Below, in pieces: positions 38,668-48,313 of a stretch of 64,000 bases of DNA. This DNA is from an uncultured Oscillospiraceae bacterium (lineage in GTDB: Bacteria; Bacillota; Clostridia; Oscillospirales; Oscillospiraceae). The DNA is taken from NCBI GenBank assembly GCA_949841355.1, contig CATKZP010000001.1:173682-237681 (forward strand). Direction: 5' to 3'. The position numbers and the translations under genes were made by a program. The notes under the pieces are model-generated. The model searched no databases. It was given only the letters and a program-made list of their open reading frames with translations, and had not been told where the DNA came from. Within the stretch, counting starts at the first letter, position 1, and the number at the start of each line of letters is the position of its first letter.

Positions 38668-38976
38668 TTACGTTGCGCTCTTTTCCGCGCTTCCGTCGGA
38701 TTCAGCTCGCTCCGACAGAAAGTTCTCGATCTCACGCACCAGCTCGGTGGGGGTGACGATGTCGTCCTGCTCGTCAAAGAACTTCAGGCCGTGCTTGGCG
38801 ACCTCGGCGGGAGCGATGACGCAGCTCTTGATGAGAGAGTCGGCATACTTCGCCGTGTTCTTCCGGCCGCTGGCGGGGCGGACATACAGGTCCGTCAGAT
38901 TGGTGTAGTGGGTAAAGCTCACGCTCTGGAGCGTGTACTCCACATCGTTCACGATAACGATCTTCTGTCTTGCCAT
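38668..38976 (-). CDS. Tail assembly chaperone
   Basis: 102 aa between tube and TMP; RBS GGAGG. Confidence 0.7.
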   Translation of the reverse strand: MARQKIVIVNDVEYTLQSVSFTHYTNLTDLYVRPASGRKNTAKYADSLIKSCVIAPAEVAKHGLKFFDEQDDIVTPTELVREIENFLSERAESDGSAEKSAT

Positions 38977-39074
38977 GGTAAAGCCTCCCATATAATTTTG
39001 AGTGCGGGACCGAAACGGTATCACGTTCCGGCCCCGCCTGCTATGTTTGTGGCTGCTGTGCTTCCCGGCCTTCA

Positions 39075-39467
39075 TCACATGATGAGGATGTCGGGGATCA
39101 GGAACACGAACTGAACATCCGGGGCGTCCTTGCCGCGCACGATATCGGGCAGTTTCTCCACCATACAGTTCTGGGCGAAGAAAATCTTGCCGTTGTCGTT
39201 GGCGTCCGTGATGGCGAGGTTCGCCTGGACGCTCTTCTCGGCGCACTGCTCCAGGTAGGGGATGTCCGGGGACTCCTGCTGGAGCGTGATGGTCAGCTTT
39301 CCGGCCTTGTTTGCGTTCATGATGTAGGTGGTGTCGCCCTTGACGCCCTTTTTCATCGAGTGGTTGGCCTCGTCACGGGCCAGCGTGAACAGGCTATCGC
39401 CGAACATACGCAGCTGTCTGCCGTTGTAGGCGACGTTCACTTTCAGCGGGTCATAGTTCTTCAGCAT
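39075..39467 (-). CDS. Tail tube protein (DUF3277-like)
   Basis: YDPLKVNVAYNG, GKLTITLQQESP; follows sheath. Confidence 0.8.
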   Translation of the reverse strand: MLKNYDPLKVNVAYNGRQLRMFGDSLFTLARDEANHSMKKGVKGDTTYIMNANKAGKLTITLQQESPDIPYLEQCAEKSVQANLAITDANDNGKIFFAQNCMVEKLPDIVRGKDAPDVQFVFLIPDILIM

Positions 39468-39484
39468 AGCTTTTTACCTCCTCA

Positions 39485-40978
39485 TTAGAGCGTTGCCCGG
39501 AGGACGCCCTTGGTCTTGACCTGATGGACGGCGCCGCACAGCAGGGCCTCCCAGGTGATGTCGGGCATGACCCGGTTCCGGCGCTGCTCCTCCGTGCTCT
39601 CCGCGTACTTCGGGATATTCACGGTGAAAATGCCAGCCCTGCTCTCCTGGTCACGGGCCACGATGTTGTGATCCTCGTCCGCCGCCTCAGCCAGAGCCTG
39701 CAGCACCGCTGTGGCAATGAGGCCAAAGCCGGCGTCGCTGTAGTCAATGTTGGCGTTCTCCAGCAGGATGTCGTAAAGCAGGTCCCGCATCCGCTTGGCG
39801 ATCCAGTCGCCGCCCAGCACCACATCGATGAACTCACCGTTGAGGCAGACGCCCTCCTTGACGTACTGGCGCTTGTACTCCTCAGTGAGATAGTTGACAT
39901 GGTTCTCGTTCAGCTGGTTGCGCTGGCCCTCGGTCAGCTTGGGCCGACTGATGAGCTTCGTGCCCTCGCTGGTGGCGGCGTTGCCGTCCTGCGGCCTCTT
40001 GAACTTCCAGGTCACGTTCTTCGGATAGAACGGGCCGACGTTGCCGGTGTAGGAGGCGTCGGGCTCCTCGCTGAGGTACTTCTCCTCGGTGTAGATGACA
40101 GCGGCGCGGGCGGTGTTGTCGGCGAAGTCGAGGTCGCTGGTCTGGCCCATGTAGAACTTCCGGTGATCCTCCACGCCGGTGCCAAGCTCCGCCTCGGTAG
40201 GCTCACTGGCCTCGGCGAACTTTGCCAGGGTCTTGACGAACTCCGGCTCGTCCCGGTCGGTCAGGAAGTAGTACCAATCATCGTCCTCGTCCCGCTGGAA
40301 CTCCTTGATGGTCTCGATGAGGCTGTCAGCGGCGGTCATGGCGTCCTTGCCGTTGGTGAAGGTCTTTTTCCCGGTGGCGACGAACTCCTGAGACATAGCC
40401 TCGTCCAGGAAGATTTCAATGCGCTCAGGAATGGAGTCGGTGCTGCCGCCCTCGGTGGCGGTGAACGTGACCACGGTGTCCTTCGCGGAGGCGGTGTAGG
40501 TCTTGCCGCCCTTGGTAAAGGAAGCCCCGTTGAACTGTGCCGCCAGCTTCATGCCGTCCTCGATCTCGACTTTTGCGGTCAGCGTGACCACGGCCTTGTC
40601 GTCGCCGCCGATCCGCACGTAGAGCTTCTGCTTCGCGGCGGGGGCGTCAAACGGGAACACATCGTTGTCGAAATCGATAACGAAGGTAGCGGCGACAGCG
40701 GGGGATGCGGTGGGCGGCTCGAATCCCACGATCTTGAACTTGTTGACCAGCGTCTCGGCCAGCGTGGTCTTGCCCTGGTTCATCAGGGTGGTCGCCTTGC
40801 GGACAATCTTCGAGTTGGGGGTCTTTCCATCATCCCCATAGACAGCCTTGACGCTCTCAACATCCCGGTACACACCGACGGGCTGGGCCCCGGTGGTCGA
40901 GATGAGCAGAATGTCAAGGCTCTCCTTTGTCGTAGGCAGCGCGTCGCGCTTCACAACGACAATTACGTCTTTTGCCAT
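39485..40978 (-). CDS. Tail sheath protein (DUF3383-like)
   Basis: DDDWYYF, VTWKFK, EFIDVVLGGDWI, AVHQVKTKG. Confidence 0.85.
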   Translation of the reverse strand: MAKDVIVVVKRDALPTTKESLDILLISTTGAQPVGVYRDVESVKAVYGDDGKTPNSKIVRKATTLMNQGKTTLAETLVNKFKIVGFEPPTASPAVAATFVIDFDNDVFPFDAPAAKQKLYVRIGGDDKAVVTLTAKVEIEDGMKLAAQFNGASFTKGGKTYTASAKDTVVTFTATEGGSTDSIPERIEIFLDEAMSQEFVATGKKTFTNGKDAMTAADSLIETIKEFQRDEDDDWYYFLTDRDEPEFVKTLAKFAEASEPTEAELGTGVEDHRKFYMGQTSDLDFADNTARAAVIYTEEKYLSEEPDASYTGNVGPFYPKNVTWKFKRPQDGNAATSEGTKLISRPKLTEGQRNQLNENHVNYLTEEYKRQYVKEGVCLNGEFIDVVLGGDWIAKRMRDLLYDILLENANIDYSDAGFGLIATAVLQALAEAADEDHNIVARDQESRAGIFTVNIPKYAESTEEQRRNRVMPDITWEALLCGAVHQVKTKGVLRATL

Positions 40979-40995
40979 TTTGCGTTTCCTCCTTC

Positions 40996-41529
40996 TTACT
41001 GGTGTGCGTTTCCTGGGGTATTGGCCTCCCGAATAGTGGTGGCCGGCATCTCGTCGGTGCGGATATAGGCAAAGCGCACATCGAATCCGTACCGGCGAAC
41101 GGTATCCTCCACCACAAATCCGCTCCGGTTTGCGACGGAGCCAACATTGCGGATCACGATATCCTCGCTGCCGACCAGGATGCAATGCCCGTTCAGCAGG
41201 AAGAACCCGTGCGCCTTGTCAGCGAGGCCAAGAGCCTCATCCTCGCCGTAGATATAGCTGCCGTCCTCAGCCTCCCGGTTCTGACCGCAGAAGGTGAAAG
41301 ACATCGTTGCCTCTACCGGCTCGGAACGTATGTGGCGGTAGCCTTGCTCCTCATCCCCCACGACCTCATGCCGCCCAAAGGCGTGGTTGGATGTGCGCGG
41401 TGTCAGGACACTGTAGTAGCAGTATGGGAACTCTGGCCGGTCCGCTATCTGGTCAGACAGAACAACAGGACGACCGGTGTGCGCTTCAAGGCCGGACACA
41501 ATAGCGTTACGGGCCTGGACGAACGTCAC
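40996..41529 (-). CDS. Tail terminator / neck protein
   Basis: RPEFPYCYY motif; position before sheath. Confidence 0.6.
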   Translation of the reverse strand: MTFVQARNAIVSGLEAHTGRPVVLSDQIADRPEFPYCYYSVLTPRTSNHAFGRHEVVGDEEQGYRHIRSEPVEATMSFTFCGQNREAEDGSYIYGEDEALGLADKAHGFFLLNGHCILVGSEDIVIRNVGSVANRSGFVVEDTVRRYGFDVRFAYIRTDEMPATTIREANTPGNAHQ

Positions 41530-41882
41530 TTCTTCACCACCCCTTCCACGATGTACCGCACCATGGGGTGGATACTGTTGTGGCTCAGCGAGGTCTTGAC
41601 GGTGTATCTCTGGCCATCGAAGGTGTCCTCAATGATCTGGTTGGTGCCGATCTCCACCGGGTCATCGGTGTAGAGTTTCTGCGAGTTCTCGGTGTACGTC
41701 CCTTCCGGCAGATCCTTCAGGTCCTTGTCCGATAGCGGCATGACGATGCCTTTGAACGTCTTTACCGCCTTTTCGACCGGACGGGACTGCCCGCCGGGGC
41801 CATCGCGGACAAAGGTGCGCTCATAGACCTTCAGCGAGTGAAGCAAGGCCCTGGGGAGCCTGGGTGTTGCCGCAAAATTCAT
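41526..41882 (-). CDS. Head-tail adaptor
   Basis: DLKDLPEG..KLYT..DGQRYTV; position. Confidence 0.55.
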   Translation of the reverse strand: MNFAATPRLPRALLHSLKVYERTFVRDGPGGQSRPVEKAVKTFKGIVMPLSDKDLKDLPEGTYTENSQKLYTDDPVEIGTNQIIEDTFDGQRYTVKTSLSHNSIHPMVRYIVEGVVKK

Positions 41883-42508
41883 TCTATTACCACCTCGTAA
41901 GCAATCCGGTCACGGATGTGTGTGCCGGATTCATATAGCGTGGTGTGCTGCGTCTTGTGGTCGAAATCAGACTTCGGTGTGACCCTGTTCTGATCGATGA
42001 AGCTCTGCGCCAGCTGGGCGGCCTGGGCCCCGATGGACTCTGCCGCAGCGGTGGGGGTGATGGTCCCCTCCAGCATCTTTACCATTGCCCCGGTCACGAT
42101 GCTGCCCAGTTCTTTCTGCTGTGCGTCAAAACTCGCCCGGATAAAGGAACGTTCCGGGAGGGTAACACTTTTCACCAGCAGATACATCGCCTCACTCTCC
42201 GTCTTGCCGCCGCGTTTCTTCTTGTCCCGGACCATGAGGAGTTTGCCGTCCTTCGCGTTGACAAAACGCAGGTCGCTGAAGGCTCTGGGAGAGCCGGCGG
42301 CCTGGGCCTCCTTGGTCAGAGGGATGGCGAGGTACTTTCCCTTCTTGGGCTTGATAGTGGCGCCATACTCATGGGCGTGGGCGATGGCCATAATATCGGA
42401 GTCCGCCTTACCACCAACGATGCCCACCCGGATTTTCTTCTGCTCCATCTCCTGGCACGCGGCTTTGATGCGGTTGAAGTCTTCCAGGAGCCGCTCTATC
42501 CCGTCCAC
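41879..42508 (-). CDS. Neck/tail-completion protein
   Basis: IRVGIVG..IAHAHEYGATI, LPERSFIRASFD. Confidence 0.6.
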   Translation of the reverse strand: MDGIERLLEDFNRIKAACQEMEQKKIRVGIVGGKADSDIMAIAHAHEYGATIKPKKGKYLAIPLTKEAQAAGSPRAFSDLRFVNAKDGKLLMVRDKKKRGGKTESEAMYLLVKSVTLPERSFIRASFDAQQKELGSIVTGAMVKMLEGTITPTAAAESIGAQAAQLAQSFIDQNRVTPKSDFDHKTQHTTLYESGTHIRDRIAYEVVIE

Positions 42509-42509
42509 A

Positions 42510-43133
42510 TCAATACCTCCTGTACAGATTGACAATCTGCAGCCAGGCGGCTGGCGTGGACTTGTCGAAGGTCCAGCTTACATCCGAGATGGAGAAGGAT
42601 TTCAGCCCCTGGGAGCCGTTCTGCATATTCGCATACGCCTGGGACACCATGTCCCAGACAAGGCCCTCCAGGTCTGCTGGGAGCGTCTGGGGCTCCTCGT
42701 CCGTGGCATCCTTCGGAAGCACATAGCCTGCCGTGTAGCACACCTCAATGTTCCGCTTGGTCTCAATAATGTCATTGGCAAGGCCCCGGCGGTACCCGGC
42801 CCTCAGCCAGCCGTCATCCCGGTAGATGACGCCGATGTTGGCGGTCTGCCCGTAGTCGTAGAGTTCAGGGGGGACAATCCTCCCGGCCTCTTTGACATAG
42901 TCAACGCTGACGATTGGGTATTTCAGCGTGACCAGCTCCTGCTGGCCGTCGGCCTCGTAGAACTCACGGTAGGTGTTCTTGCCGAGGGGTCTGCCCACCT
43001 GCTGCTCCACCCAGGACGACGCCTTATTGATCAGCAGTTCAACGAGGGTACAGGTGCGCTCGTCGGTCTCATCATCAAGGCTCAGCATGAGCTTCATCCT
43101 GTCAAGCGTGGTAAGTGCGTTATTCGCAAGCAT
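42510..43133 (-). CDS. Head-tail connector (gp6/gp15-like)
   Basis: LTTLDRMKLML, VCYTAGY, LPADLEG, SFSISDVSW. Confidence 0.7.
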   Translation of the reverse strand: MLANNALTTLDRMKLMLSLDDETDERTCTLVELLINKASSWVEQQVGRPLGKNTYREFYEADGQQELVTLKYPIVSVDYVKEAGRIVPPELYDYGQTANIGVIYRDDGWLRAGYRRGLANDIIETKRNIEVCYTAGYVLPKDATDEEPQTLPADLEGLVWDMVSQAYANMQNGSQGLKSFSISDVSWTFDKSTPAAWLQIVNLYRRY

Positions 43134-43187
43134 ACAAACCTCCTGTCAGTATAGGGGCGGCAGGTTGCCCCACCGCCCCTTGACCCT

Positions 43188-43364
43188 CTATTCGGCGTTC
43201 TCGGGCCGTTCCTGGCCGTCCCCGTTGCCTCCGGGGGTAGGAGGCGCACCCTTGCCTTCCCCCTTGCCAGGGGGCGCGACAGGCGGCTTTCCGGCCTTCT
43301 TCTCCTTGCCGGGGGCAGCCGCCTTGTTTGCGGACGGCTTTACGATGTCATAGAACCTCGGCAT
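43188..43364 (-). CDS. Small low-complexity head-associated protein
   Basis: RBS AGGAG; P/G/K-rich 58 aa. Confidence 0.5.
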   Translation of the reverse strand: MPRFYDIVKPSANKAAAPGKEKKAGKPPVAPPGKGEGKGAPPTPGGNGDGQERPENAE

Positions 43365-43377
43365 TTCGTGGCCCTCC

Positions 43378-43779
43378 TTACACCGGCTGAACGGCGGCGT
43401 CTCCCAGCACGACCGCAAGGCCGCCGGTGGTCTCGTCGTTCCCGGTGACGGTGAACTTCACAATGGACTTCAAGCCCACAAGGTCAACATCAATGTTGAC
43501 CACACCACCAGCGGGCACGTCACCCTCATCATCCGCAGCCTCGATGGGCTCGTTCTTGAAGGTGTACTCCCCGCCGGTGGTCTGCTTCTCAGGGAACACC
43601 CGCTCGTCAGTGACGGGCGCGAAAGTCTCACCGTCGTCACTGTGCTCCACCTTCACGGTCATCGTGGCGCCGGACGCAACGTTGGCGCCGATGACGGCGG
43701 AGAGAAAACCCGTCCGGTCGATGGCCTCGCCGGACTTGTAGGGGATCGCAGTCACGTTCTGAAACAGATTGCGCTTCAT
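43378..43779 (-). CDS. Head-associated protein (decoration/cement-like position)
   Basis: Immediately after the major capsid gene. Confidence 0.5.
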   Translation of the reverse strand: MKRNLFQNVTAIPYKSGEAIDRTGFLSAVIGANVASGATMTVKVEHSDDGETFAPVTDERVFPEKQTTGGEYTFKNEPIEAADDEGDVPAGGVVNIDVDLVGLKSIVKFTVTGNDETTGGLAVVLGDAAVQPV

Positions 43780-43802
43780 TGTCTCATTTCCTCCTTCTCA
43801 GA

Positions 43803-45374
43803 TTAGACGGGGACGGCAACGCCGGTAGCCACCACGAAGCTCTCGTCATGGCGCAGGCCCACGTCCACGTTGTCGATGGCCCGGATGAGGGTCTGGTCGT
43901 TCTCGAAAGCGGACACAAGGTTGCCCGCCTCGTCAGTCCAGGAGCCCTCGCGGCTGGTCTCGATCTCCAGGGCGCCCTGCTCACCGATGATGAGGTCGTT
44001 CCAGTTGCCGAAGGCGATCTTGGTCTTGCCATCCTCGGTGTCGATCAGGTTGGTGGTGCGGTAGGGGTAGCCCGCCAGGGTGCGCTGCTTGTTCATCTCC
44101 TCAGCAAAGATGAAGCCGCCCACCTGGTCGCGCATGGACTTGAAGAACTGCTCCACGCTGGTGTTGAACACGAAGCCCAGGGCATCAGCATAGACGTTGT
44201 TCTTCAGCACAGAGGCGACCAGGAAGTTGGGGAACATGGCGGTCAGAACGCCATCGGCGCTGGCATAGGAGGCGCCGGCATCGGCGGCCTTGATGTTCTG
44301 GACGGCCTTGTTGTTGAACAGGCCGAGGGGCTGGAACTCCCCGCCGGTGCCGCGGAAAGCACCCCAATCCACGCCCAAGGCCATCTGCTTGGTCACGTCC
44401 TGGCCCACGATGACGTCGTTGTCGAAGCTGGTGGACCGAAGGAGGTCGTTGCTCATGGGAATGAGGGCGGTCAGCTTCTTGGAGGACAGGCGGATGTTGC
44501 CGAACTTGGGGGCGGTCTTGGGGATCTTCCGGTTCTCCCCGGTGTACATGGCGCGGGTACCAGTCTTCAGCTTGGGGATGTTCAGATTGCCGTGATCCAT
44601 GGCCAGCCGGCGGGCGCCCAGGTCGTAGATGACCGTGGCGGGGTACAGCAGTTCGATAATCTCGTCCGCATAGACCTCCGGCACCAGGTATCCGCCATCG
44701 GTGGGCTGGGTCGCGGCCAGGGCCTTGAACTCGCGGGCCATCTCAGCATCGTTGAACTTGTGCTCGGCGACATAGGCGGCCCGCTCGACCTCGCCTCCAG
44801 AGGCGTGGATGCACTTCACGGCGCGGCCGAACATACCGTAGGCGGTCTTGCGCCGCTCAGGGGCGGACATAGACTGGATACGGGCCTTGAAACCGCTGGT
44901 GGCACCGCCGTCACGGGATGCGCCGGTGGAGAGGAACAGGCTGGAGTATTTGCGCTGCGCAGGGGCAGCGGGGGCGGGCGTAGCAGCAGGAGCCGGAGCG
45001 GGAGCGGCGCCCTTCTGGGCGGAGGGGCCCTCGGCACCCTTCTGGGCCGCAGGCTCACCGGAGCCGGGCTTGGCAGAGGGCTCACCGGCAGACTTCTGGC
45101 AGGCTTTCAGAGCGTCCAGCACCTGAGAGATGAACTCAGGCGTAATGGTGGGGTCGCCGCCCTCACCTTCGCCTTCGCCCTCGCCCTTGCTTTCGTCGCC
45201 TTCGGGAGCGCCGCCCTCACCAGCGGGGTCGCCAATGCCGCCGGCCTCGATAATGGCGTTCATCTCGGCCATGATGTCATCCTGGGTGATGGCGCTGGGG
45301 TCCTTGCCCGCCGCGATGAGGTTCGCAAACACCTGTGCGATGAGGGCGGCGAGCTGTTCCTGGGTCAGTTTCAT
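43803..45374 (-). CDS. Major capsid protein, HK97 family, with long N-terminal scaffold region
   Basis: GGYLVPEVYADEIIELL, LSSKKLTALIPMSNDLL, FGNWND..LEIETS, DQTLIRA. Confidence 0.9.
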   Translation of the reverse strand: MKLTQEQLAALIAQVFANLIAAGKDPSAITQDDIMAEMNAIIEAGGIGDPAGEGGAPEGDESKGEGEGEGEGGDPTITPEFISQVLDALKACQKSAGEPSAKPGSGEPAAQKGAEGPSAQKGAAPAPAPAATPAPAAPAQRKYSSLFLSTGASRDGGATSGFKARIQSMSAPERRKTAYGMFGRAVKCIHASGGEVERAAYVAEHKFNDAEMAREFKALAATQPTDGGYLVPEVYADEIIELLYPATVIYDLGARRLAMDHGNLNIPKLKTGTRAMYTGENRKIPKTAPKFGNIRLSSKKLTALIPMSNDLLRSTSFDNDVIVGQDVTKQMALGVDWGAFRGTGGEFQPLGLFNNKAVQNIKAADAGASYASADGVLTAMFPNFLVASVLKNNVYADALGFVFNTSVEQFFKSMRDQVGGFIFAEEMNKQRTLAGYPYRTTNLIDTEDGKTKIAFGNWNDLIIGEQGALEIETSREGSWTDEAGNLVSAFENDQTLIRAIDNVDVGLRHDESFVVATGVAVPV

Positions 45375-45380
45375 GTTCAA

Positions 45381-46157
45381 TTACCTCCTGTTTTTGTTGG
45401 GGATGATTTCGAATACCATCCCGGCGTTTTTGGTCTGCTTTTTGGGGTCTGCGCTTTTCTTGGGTTTCGCTGCGGGGGCGGGCGGGTCGTCCGGATCAGC
45501 CGGGGGCGGGTCAGCGTCAGGCGTGTCCATGAACGAGAGGATTTCCAGCAGCTCCTTGACCACTGCGATGAACGGCTTCAGCGCGTCCATCCTCCGGCGG
45601 GAGATTTTGCCGGTCTTGGCCTCGGTCCTCAGTTCCTCCACCAGCGACTTCACGTCCTCGATTTTAGCCTGATCGTTCATGGCCCAGGTGACGATGGACA
45701 CCTCCCACAGCTTGATCTCCTTCAGATGCCGGATGCCGGTCTCGCTGTCATAGTCGAAAACGACAGCATCATAGCCGATAGAGAGCTCCCCCAAGACACC
45801 GTCTTTGAGTAACGTCCGAATATCCCGGCCCAATGAGGTATTGCTGATTTTGCCTCGGATGAAAAGGCCGCGATCATCTTCTCGCAGTTCAATCGGCCTT
45901 CCCACCGGGAGCCAGCAGTTATTGTGCAACGCCAAGATTTTGATGCGGTTGAAGTCTTCCACAATGGTTTTGGCGAAGGCTCCCTTCTCGATAACATCGC
46001 CGCCATCATCCACGTTGCCAAACACAGCCGCATACCCGGAGAACTCGCCAGTGCTCTCGTCTGCGCTTTCCAGCACAAATGAGGCCGACTTATATTCCCG
46101 CTGAGGTGTGTCCGACTTCTTCTCCCGTGTAGCGACTCCCCGTTGTGCTCTTGCCAT
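45381..46157 (-). CDS. HK97-family prohead protease
   Basis: FSGYAAVFGNVDDGGDVIEKGAF, LSIGY, LWEVSIVTWAMN. Confidence 0.92.
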   Translation of the reverse strand: MARAQRGVATREKKSDTPQREYKSASFVLESADESTGEFSGYAAVFGNVDDGGDVIEKGAFAKTIVEDFNRIKILALHNNCWLPVGRPIELREDDRGLFIRGKISNTSLGRDIRTLLKDGVLGELSIGYDAVVFDYDSETGIRHLKEIKLWEVSIVTWAMNDQAKIEDVKSLVEELRTEAKTGKISRRRMDALKPFIAVVKELLEILSFMDTPDADPPPADPDDPPAPAAKPKKSADPKKQTKNAGMVFEIIPNKNRR

Positions 46158-46193
46158 GCGGTCTACCTCCTTTCCTCAGAATTACGGGCATTG

Positions 46194-48305
46194 TTAAAAA
46201 CCGCCGTATGTCAGGTAACACCGGCAGTTGATAACCTCTTCCGGGCGGTCGTCCGATGGGTCTCTCGGAAAGAGGAGCCCGTTGGAGAACGTCTCGTTGA
46301 TGGGGACTGTCTCCCCTTCCATGGAAACGTGGTCAACCTTCCCATGCGTACCGTCCCGCGGGTCCTTCTGCGGCCTGTGGTGCCACGTCTTGGTCTTGGC
46401 TCCCGCCGCCTTCATCATGTCGAACTGACCTGTAGCAAGGGACATCATGGTCTCCTGGCGGGCAATCAGCTTGGCCCGCTTGTGGGATGTATCCATCTCC
46501 TCATAGACGGCCTTCTTCAGCTCGGCTTGGCTGGCGCCGTTGGCGATCCCGTCAGCAATGATGTCCGCGATGCTGTCGCGGGTGGTCTGCTCGATGCCGA
46601 CAATGTGCTTGGCGCCGTTGACCTTTACAACGGATACAAACTCCGGTCGGGTAATGTTGGTGATGCCGTGGTACTCCTCGGCGAGTTTGACCCCGGCCTC
46701 ATACGCTTCCTTCCAGAGCGGCATAAACATGGCCTGCAGCTTTTTGGATTCGGCGCTCCAGTCCAGCAGTCCAGCGGCCACGCTGTTGGCAATGCGGATC
46801 TGCTCGGCCTCCTCCAGAGCGTTCCAGAGATCCATGTCCAGCGTTCCATCAGGGAGCAGGTATTGACTCAGCTCATCGAAGGCAGTGGTATCCTCTGCTT
46901 TCTGGCTGAGCCCCAGGGCTTTCTGAACCGCCGACCGCTGCTCGGCGAAATGCCGCGAGATTGCCGCCTCGAAGGACTTACTGTGTTTCCGCACAGCCTG
47001 TTCCTCGCGCTGAAGCATGGCCGTGACGCTCGCCGGCAGGGACTTCTCACCCGGAACCGGGGCTGTAGTATCGAGACCGTCCTGCAGGATGGCTTGCGAC
47101 ACCTTGGCCGGGTCGTCGCTCTCCCGGAGGAACAGGTCGGTGATGGAGGTCTTATACACATCGCCGCCCTCAATACCGGGGCGGCCCAGCAGCTCGCGGG
47201 ACTCGTTCTTCGTCAGAAGCCCGGCGTCCCACCCCTCCAGCGCCACGGCCTTGTCGAACTCCTTGTCGTAGGGGATGACCGGGTCAAACTCCCACACGAG
47301 GCTGTCGTCGCCGAACATCGAAAGGAGCTGCATATTGAGTGCCTGCTGCCGATTGCTGATGCGGGGCATCAGCACGTTCTTGGCATAGATGTACTGAGCG
47401 GCGTCCGCCGTGGCCCGGTTGCTGTTTTCCGTGATGCCCATGATCTCTCTGGGCACACCGAAATGCTCCAGCACGGCGTCCCGCATGGCAAGCCGGCTCT
47501 CAAGAAAGCCCATGTCCTTGCCGTGCGCATCCCCCAGCTTTTCAACCCTCACATCCCCGCCCAGGGCCGCCATGCGGTGGCTTTTGTCTACGCCCCGGTG
47601 CTTTTTTTCCCAATCGGCTGTGAAAACGTCGAGCTGCTCCTTTGTGGCGCCCGGTATTGCAAACACAAACGGCGGGGTGGCGTCATTGTAGAAGAACCGC
47701 TTTTGGAACTTCGCCGCATATTCGTCGATCTCCACCTCATCGGCTACACTCTCCGCCACGCCCAGGCCCCGCATGAACGGGTCCAGCGGGTTAAGCTGTT
47801 TCATCACGAACATATCATCCACCGACACGGTCATGGTCAGCCCGCTCGGGGATGTGATCAGGTACCCCGGATTGCCGAGGTACGGAGTCATCTTGACCCA
47901 GTGGGGAGGCACGTTCCACAGTTCCACCGGGCGTTCGTATTCGTCCCGCTCGACAAGCATGAAGCTCTCGCCGACAAGCATCAGGTAAATCTCGTTGAGC
48001 CGCCACATGGCAGAACTGGTCATCTCATAGAGCGGGTTGGGCTGCGCCATCAGGTCAAGGAACGGATGCTTCGTGACCTCAGTCTTGGAGCCGTCCGGGG
48101 CAACGCGGTACAGATGCCCGTTGAGATTGGCAAGGTCGCTCGCGATCCTCTCCACCACCGCCAGACGTGGGCTCTTTGAGAACATCTCCAGCCATTCGGC
48201 GGTGTTGCGGGAGGGCGGCCGCGCCCAGCGGGAAACAAAGCTGCCGTCACGCCGGTACTGGGCACTCACTTTTTGCCTTCCACGAATAATGTCGAAAAGT
48301 CTCAT
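46194..48305 (-). CDS. Portal protein fused to a C-terminal MuF/SPP1-gp7-like domain
   Basis: HK97-portal motifs (GESF, DMGFLESR, FGVP..MG) then LIARQET, KTWH, FSNGLLFP, EVINCRC. Confidence 0.88.
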   Translation of the reverse strand: MRLFDIIRGRQKVSAQYRRDGSFVSRWARPPSRNTAEWLEMFSKSPRLAVVERIASDLANLNGHLYRVAPDGSKTEVTKHPFLDLMAQPNPLYEMTSSAMWRLNEIYLMLVGESFMLVERDEYERPVELWNVPPHWVKMTPYLGNPGYLITSPSGLTMTVSVDDMFVMKQLNPLDPFMRGLGVAESVADEVEIDEYAAKFQKRFFYNDATPPFVFAIPGATKEQLDVFTADWEKKHRGVDKSHRMAALGGDVRVEKLGDAHGKDMGFLESRLAMRDAVLEHFGVPREIMGITENSNRATADAAQYIYAKNVLMPRISNRQQALNMQLLSMFGDDSLVWEFDPVIPYDKEFDKAVALEGWDAGLLTKNESRELLGRPGIEGGDVYKTSITDLFLRESDDPAKVSQAILQDGLDTTAPVPGEKSLPASVTAMLQREEQAVRKHSKSFEAAISRHFAEQRSAVQKALGLSQKAEDTTAFDELSQYLLPDGTLDMDLWNALEEAEQIRIANSVAAGLLDWSAESKKLQAMFMPLWKEAYEAGVKLAEEYHGITNITRPEFVSVVKVNGAKHIVGIEQTTRDSIADIIADGIANGASQAELKKAVYEEMDTSHKRAKLIARQETMMSLATGQFDMMKAAGAKTKTWHHRPQKDPRDGTHGKVDHVSMEGETVPINETFSNGLLFPRDPSDDRPEEVINCRCYLTYGGF

Positions 48306-48313
48306 ATTTCACC

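Noticed and set aside
43779-48179. Long plus-strand ORFs of 677-678 aa (similarly 18232-20022, 23979-25472, 39524-41068)
   Set aside because: Antisense shadows of capsid, portal, endolysin, fibre and sheath genes; no recognisable domains
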